From Tubulanus polymorphus (Eukaryota > Animalia > Nemertea): a stretch of DNA of 64,000 nucleotides. The stretch lies in contig NC_134030.1 in the NCBI RefSeq assembly GCF_964204645.1, positions 13,510,656-13,574,655 on the forward strand, in the 5' to 3' direction. The notes beneath the pieces were generated by a model. It was not told the origin of the DNA and made no database searches. It saw only the letters and a list, made by a program, of their open reading frames with translations. How positions within the stretch are numbered: position 1 is the stretch's first letter; every line of letters starts with the position of its first letter. Of this stretch, positions 62,750-64,000 are shown in pieces. Position numbers and translations under genes: made by a program.

Positions 62750-63743
62750 CTAGCTTCACCAAGTTTCAACTTTGACATATTATTTTTTAACAATTTTTTT
62801 ATGTGTTGTATATGTTGGTTGTTCTAACATAAATTCATTTAAAAGCGCACAGCTAGCGCCGAAGTTAATCTCGCGTATGAGGCAAATTCAAATTTTCTGT
62901 ATTTCTCCATACGGTCCTTCTCAAAAAATGTAGTTTACATCCGGGACACATGGGCATTGGCTAAATCGCGGCAACGAAAATGACGGTCACGGACGGACTT
63001 TCACCGAAACTTCCTGGCCGCGTCGCGCGGGTAGTTTAAATACGTGAATGAAGGATAATCAAAATGATTTTGTGTAATTTGTAGAATATTTACAAAGAAT
63101 ATTCACAAAATATTGTCAAAAATGTTATTTTCAGTTCGTATTTCTCCATAGAAACCGATTGGAAGACTGGATTCGAATCCCACAAAAAGCCACAGTCCCT
63201 AGCAACGGGTCGAATTTTTTAGAATAACAAGCGCGCCGGTTTCACAGCTTCACTAAGGGTAGAGTCCCGGAGAATAAGGTGCGCGCGCGGTCTGCGTGTT
63301 ACAAAATGACCGTCCCGCCCTAATCAACTCTCCCAAAGCATGTTTTTTTCGCAAAAAGGAATTCGAATGTATTTGATCACGGCGAATCTTCGCTCGAATA
63401 GATCTTCGACATCTTGGGTGATTTTCTTTGGCCACGGCACACCGAACACGTGCACCCGCAAAACCTATGTTTTTACAACGTAGAATTCTATATAAATTGC
63501 CGAAAGGCCACTCGCCTTTACTTAATTCATTAAAACTCTGGCTGCGCGCTTCACCAAGTTTCGACTTTGACATATTATCTTTATGTTTAACTAAATTTTG
63601 TGGGATTATCTTATCTAATTTATCTTGTTTTACTTGACGCCATATATGTTTGGTAGAAGAATAAGCAACCGAACTCTCAGGGTTATAACATAAATTTAAA
63701 TAATTTTCTTTAGTATTTCGAGTTTTTTCATCCCCCATTTATA
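62750..63743 (-). pseudogene. A-type integrase 5' relic (62781-62841, 63576-63738) split by Helentron-like family 2 (62843-63575)
   Basis: Pieces match 7737-7962; 62843-64000 duplicates 36836-38650 with an internal deletion. Confidence 0.8.
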
Positions 63744-64000
63744 GACGGATGCCGGGCGCCGCAGGACGTCCCTTTGGTAAACGCGTAGCCTATATGTGGA
63801 TACTACGAAGTGTCTTTTTAACCGAATCTGACTTACTGACAAAGTCAGAATAAAATGACGTCAGAGTACGTCCGGTTTGACGTTCATGGGGAACTCGGAA
63901 GTAGAATTACGTCACGCTAAAATCCGGCAGCCCATTAACTAAAATAAGGAAACTTATGGGTCGGGTTATTTCAGAATTTATTTATTAAATTTCGAACAAG

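Noticed and set aside
63253-63738. 161-aa ORF that looks like a novel integrase fusion (also 35113-35811 N-terminus and 42831-43127 C-terminus)
   Set aside because: Chance read-through between integrase and inserted non-coding Helentron-like DNA.

Overview
Eukaryotic (probably animal, host not identifiable) repeat-dense DNA dominated by a cluster of endogenous Polinton/Maverick-type dsDNA viruses. Copy A runs from before base 1 to 12173. Copy B is 17181-32342, with its left part lost. Copy D is 32631-38393, truncated. Copy C, 40275-60637, is full length, with ~0.6-kb TIRs, 5'-AGT...ACT-3' ends and a 6-bp GGGGGT target-site duplication. A small integrase relic lies at 62781-63743. The elements encode a major and a minor capsid protein, an A32/FtsK packaging ATPase, an rve integrase with chromodomain, several small membrane proteins and (in C) a protein-primed PolB. 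Many genes carry nonsense or frameshift lesions. Several features point to nucleocytoviruses (NCLDV): (1) the PolB holds a LAGLIDADG intein at YFD|TDS resembling giant-virus PolB inteins; (2) copy A encodes a zinc-finger/VLTF3-like late transcription factor; (3) almost every gene starts in a T-run + TAAATG context like poxvirus late promoters; (4) B and C end in ~190-bp imperfect hairpins with covarying stems; (5) B and C carry a giant-virus-type HNH gene. My working hypothesis is a virophage-like Polinton lineage that uses, or borrowed from, poxvirus/NCLDV transcription machinery. Between and inside the copies lie three Helentron-like non-autonomous families, a MITE, a DIRS RNase H fragment, a DnaJ+PHD LINE-ORF1-like gene and microsatellites. 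All family assignments are by motif recognition, not database search.
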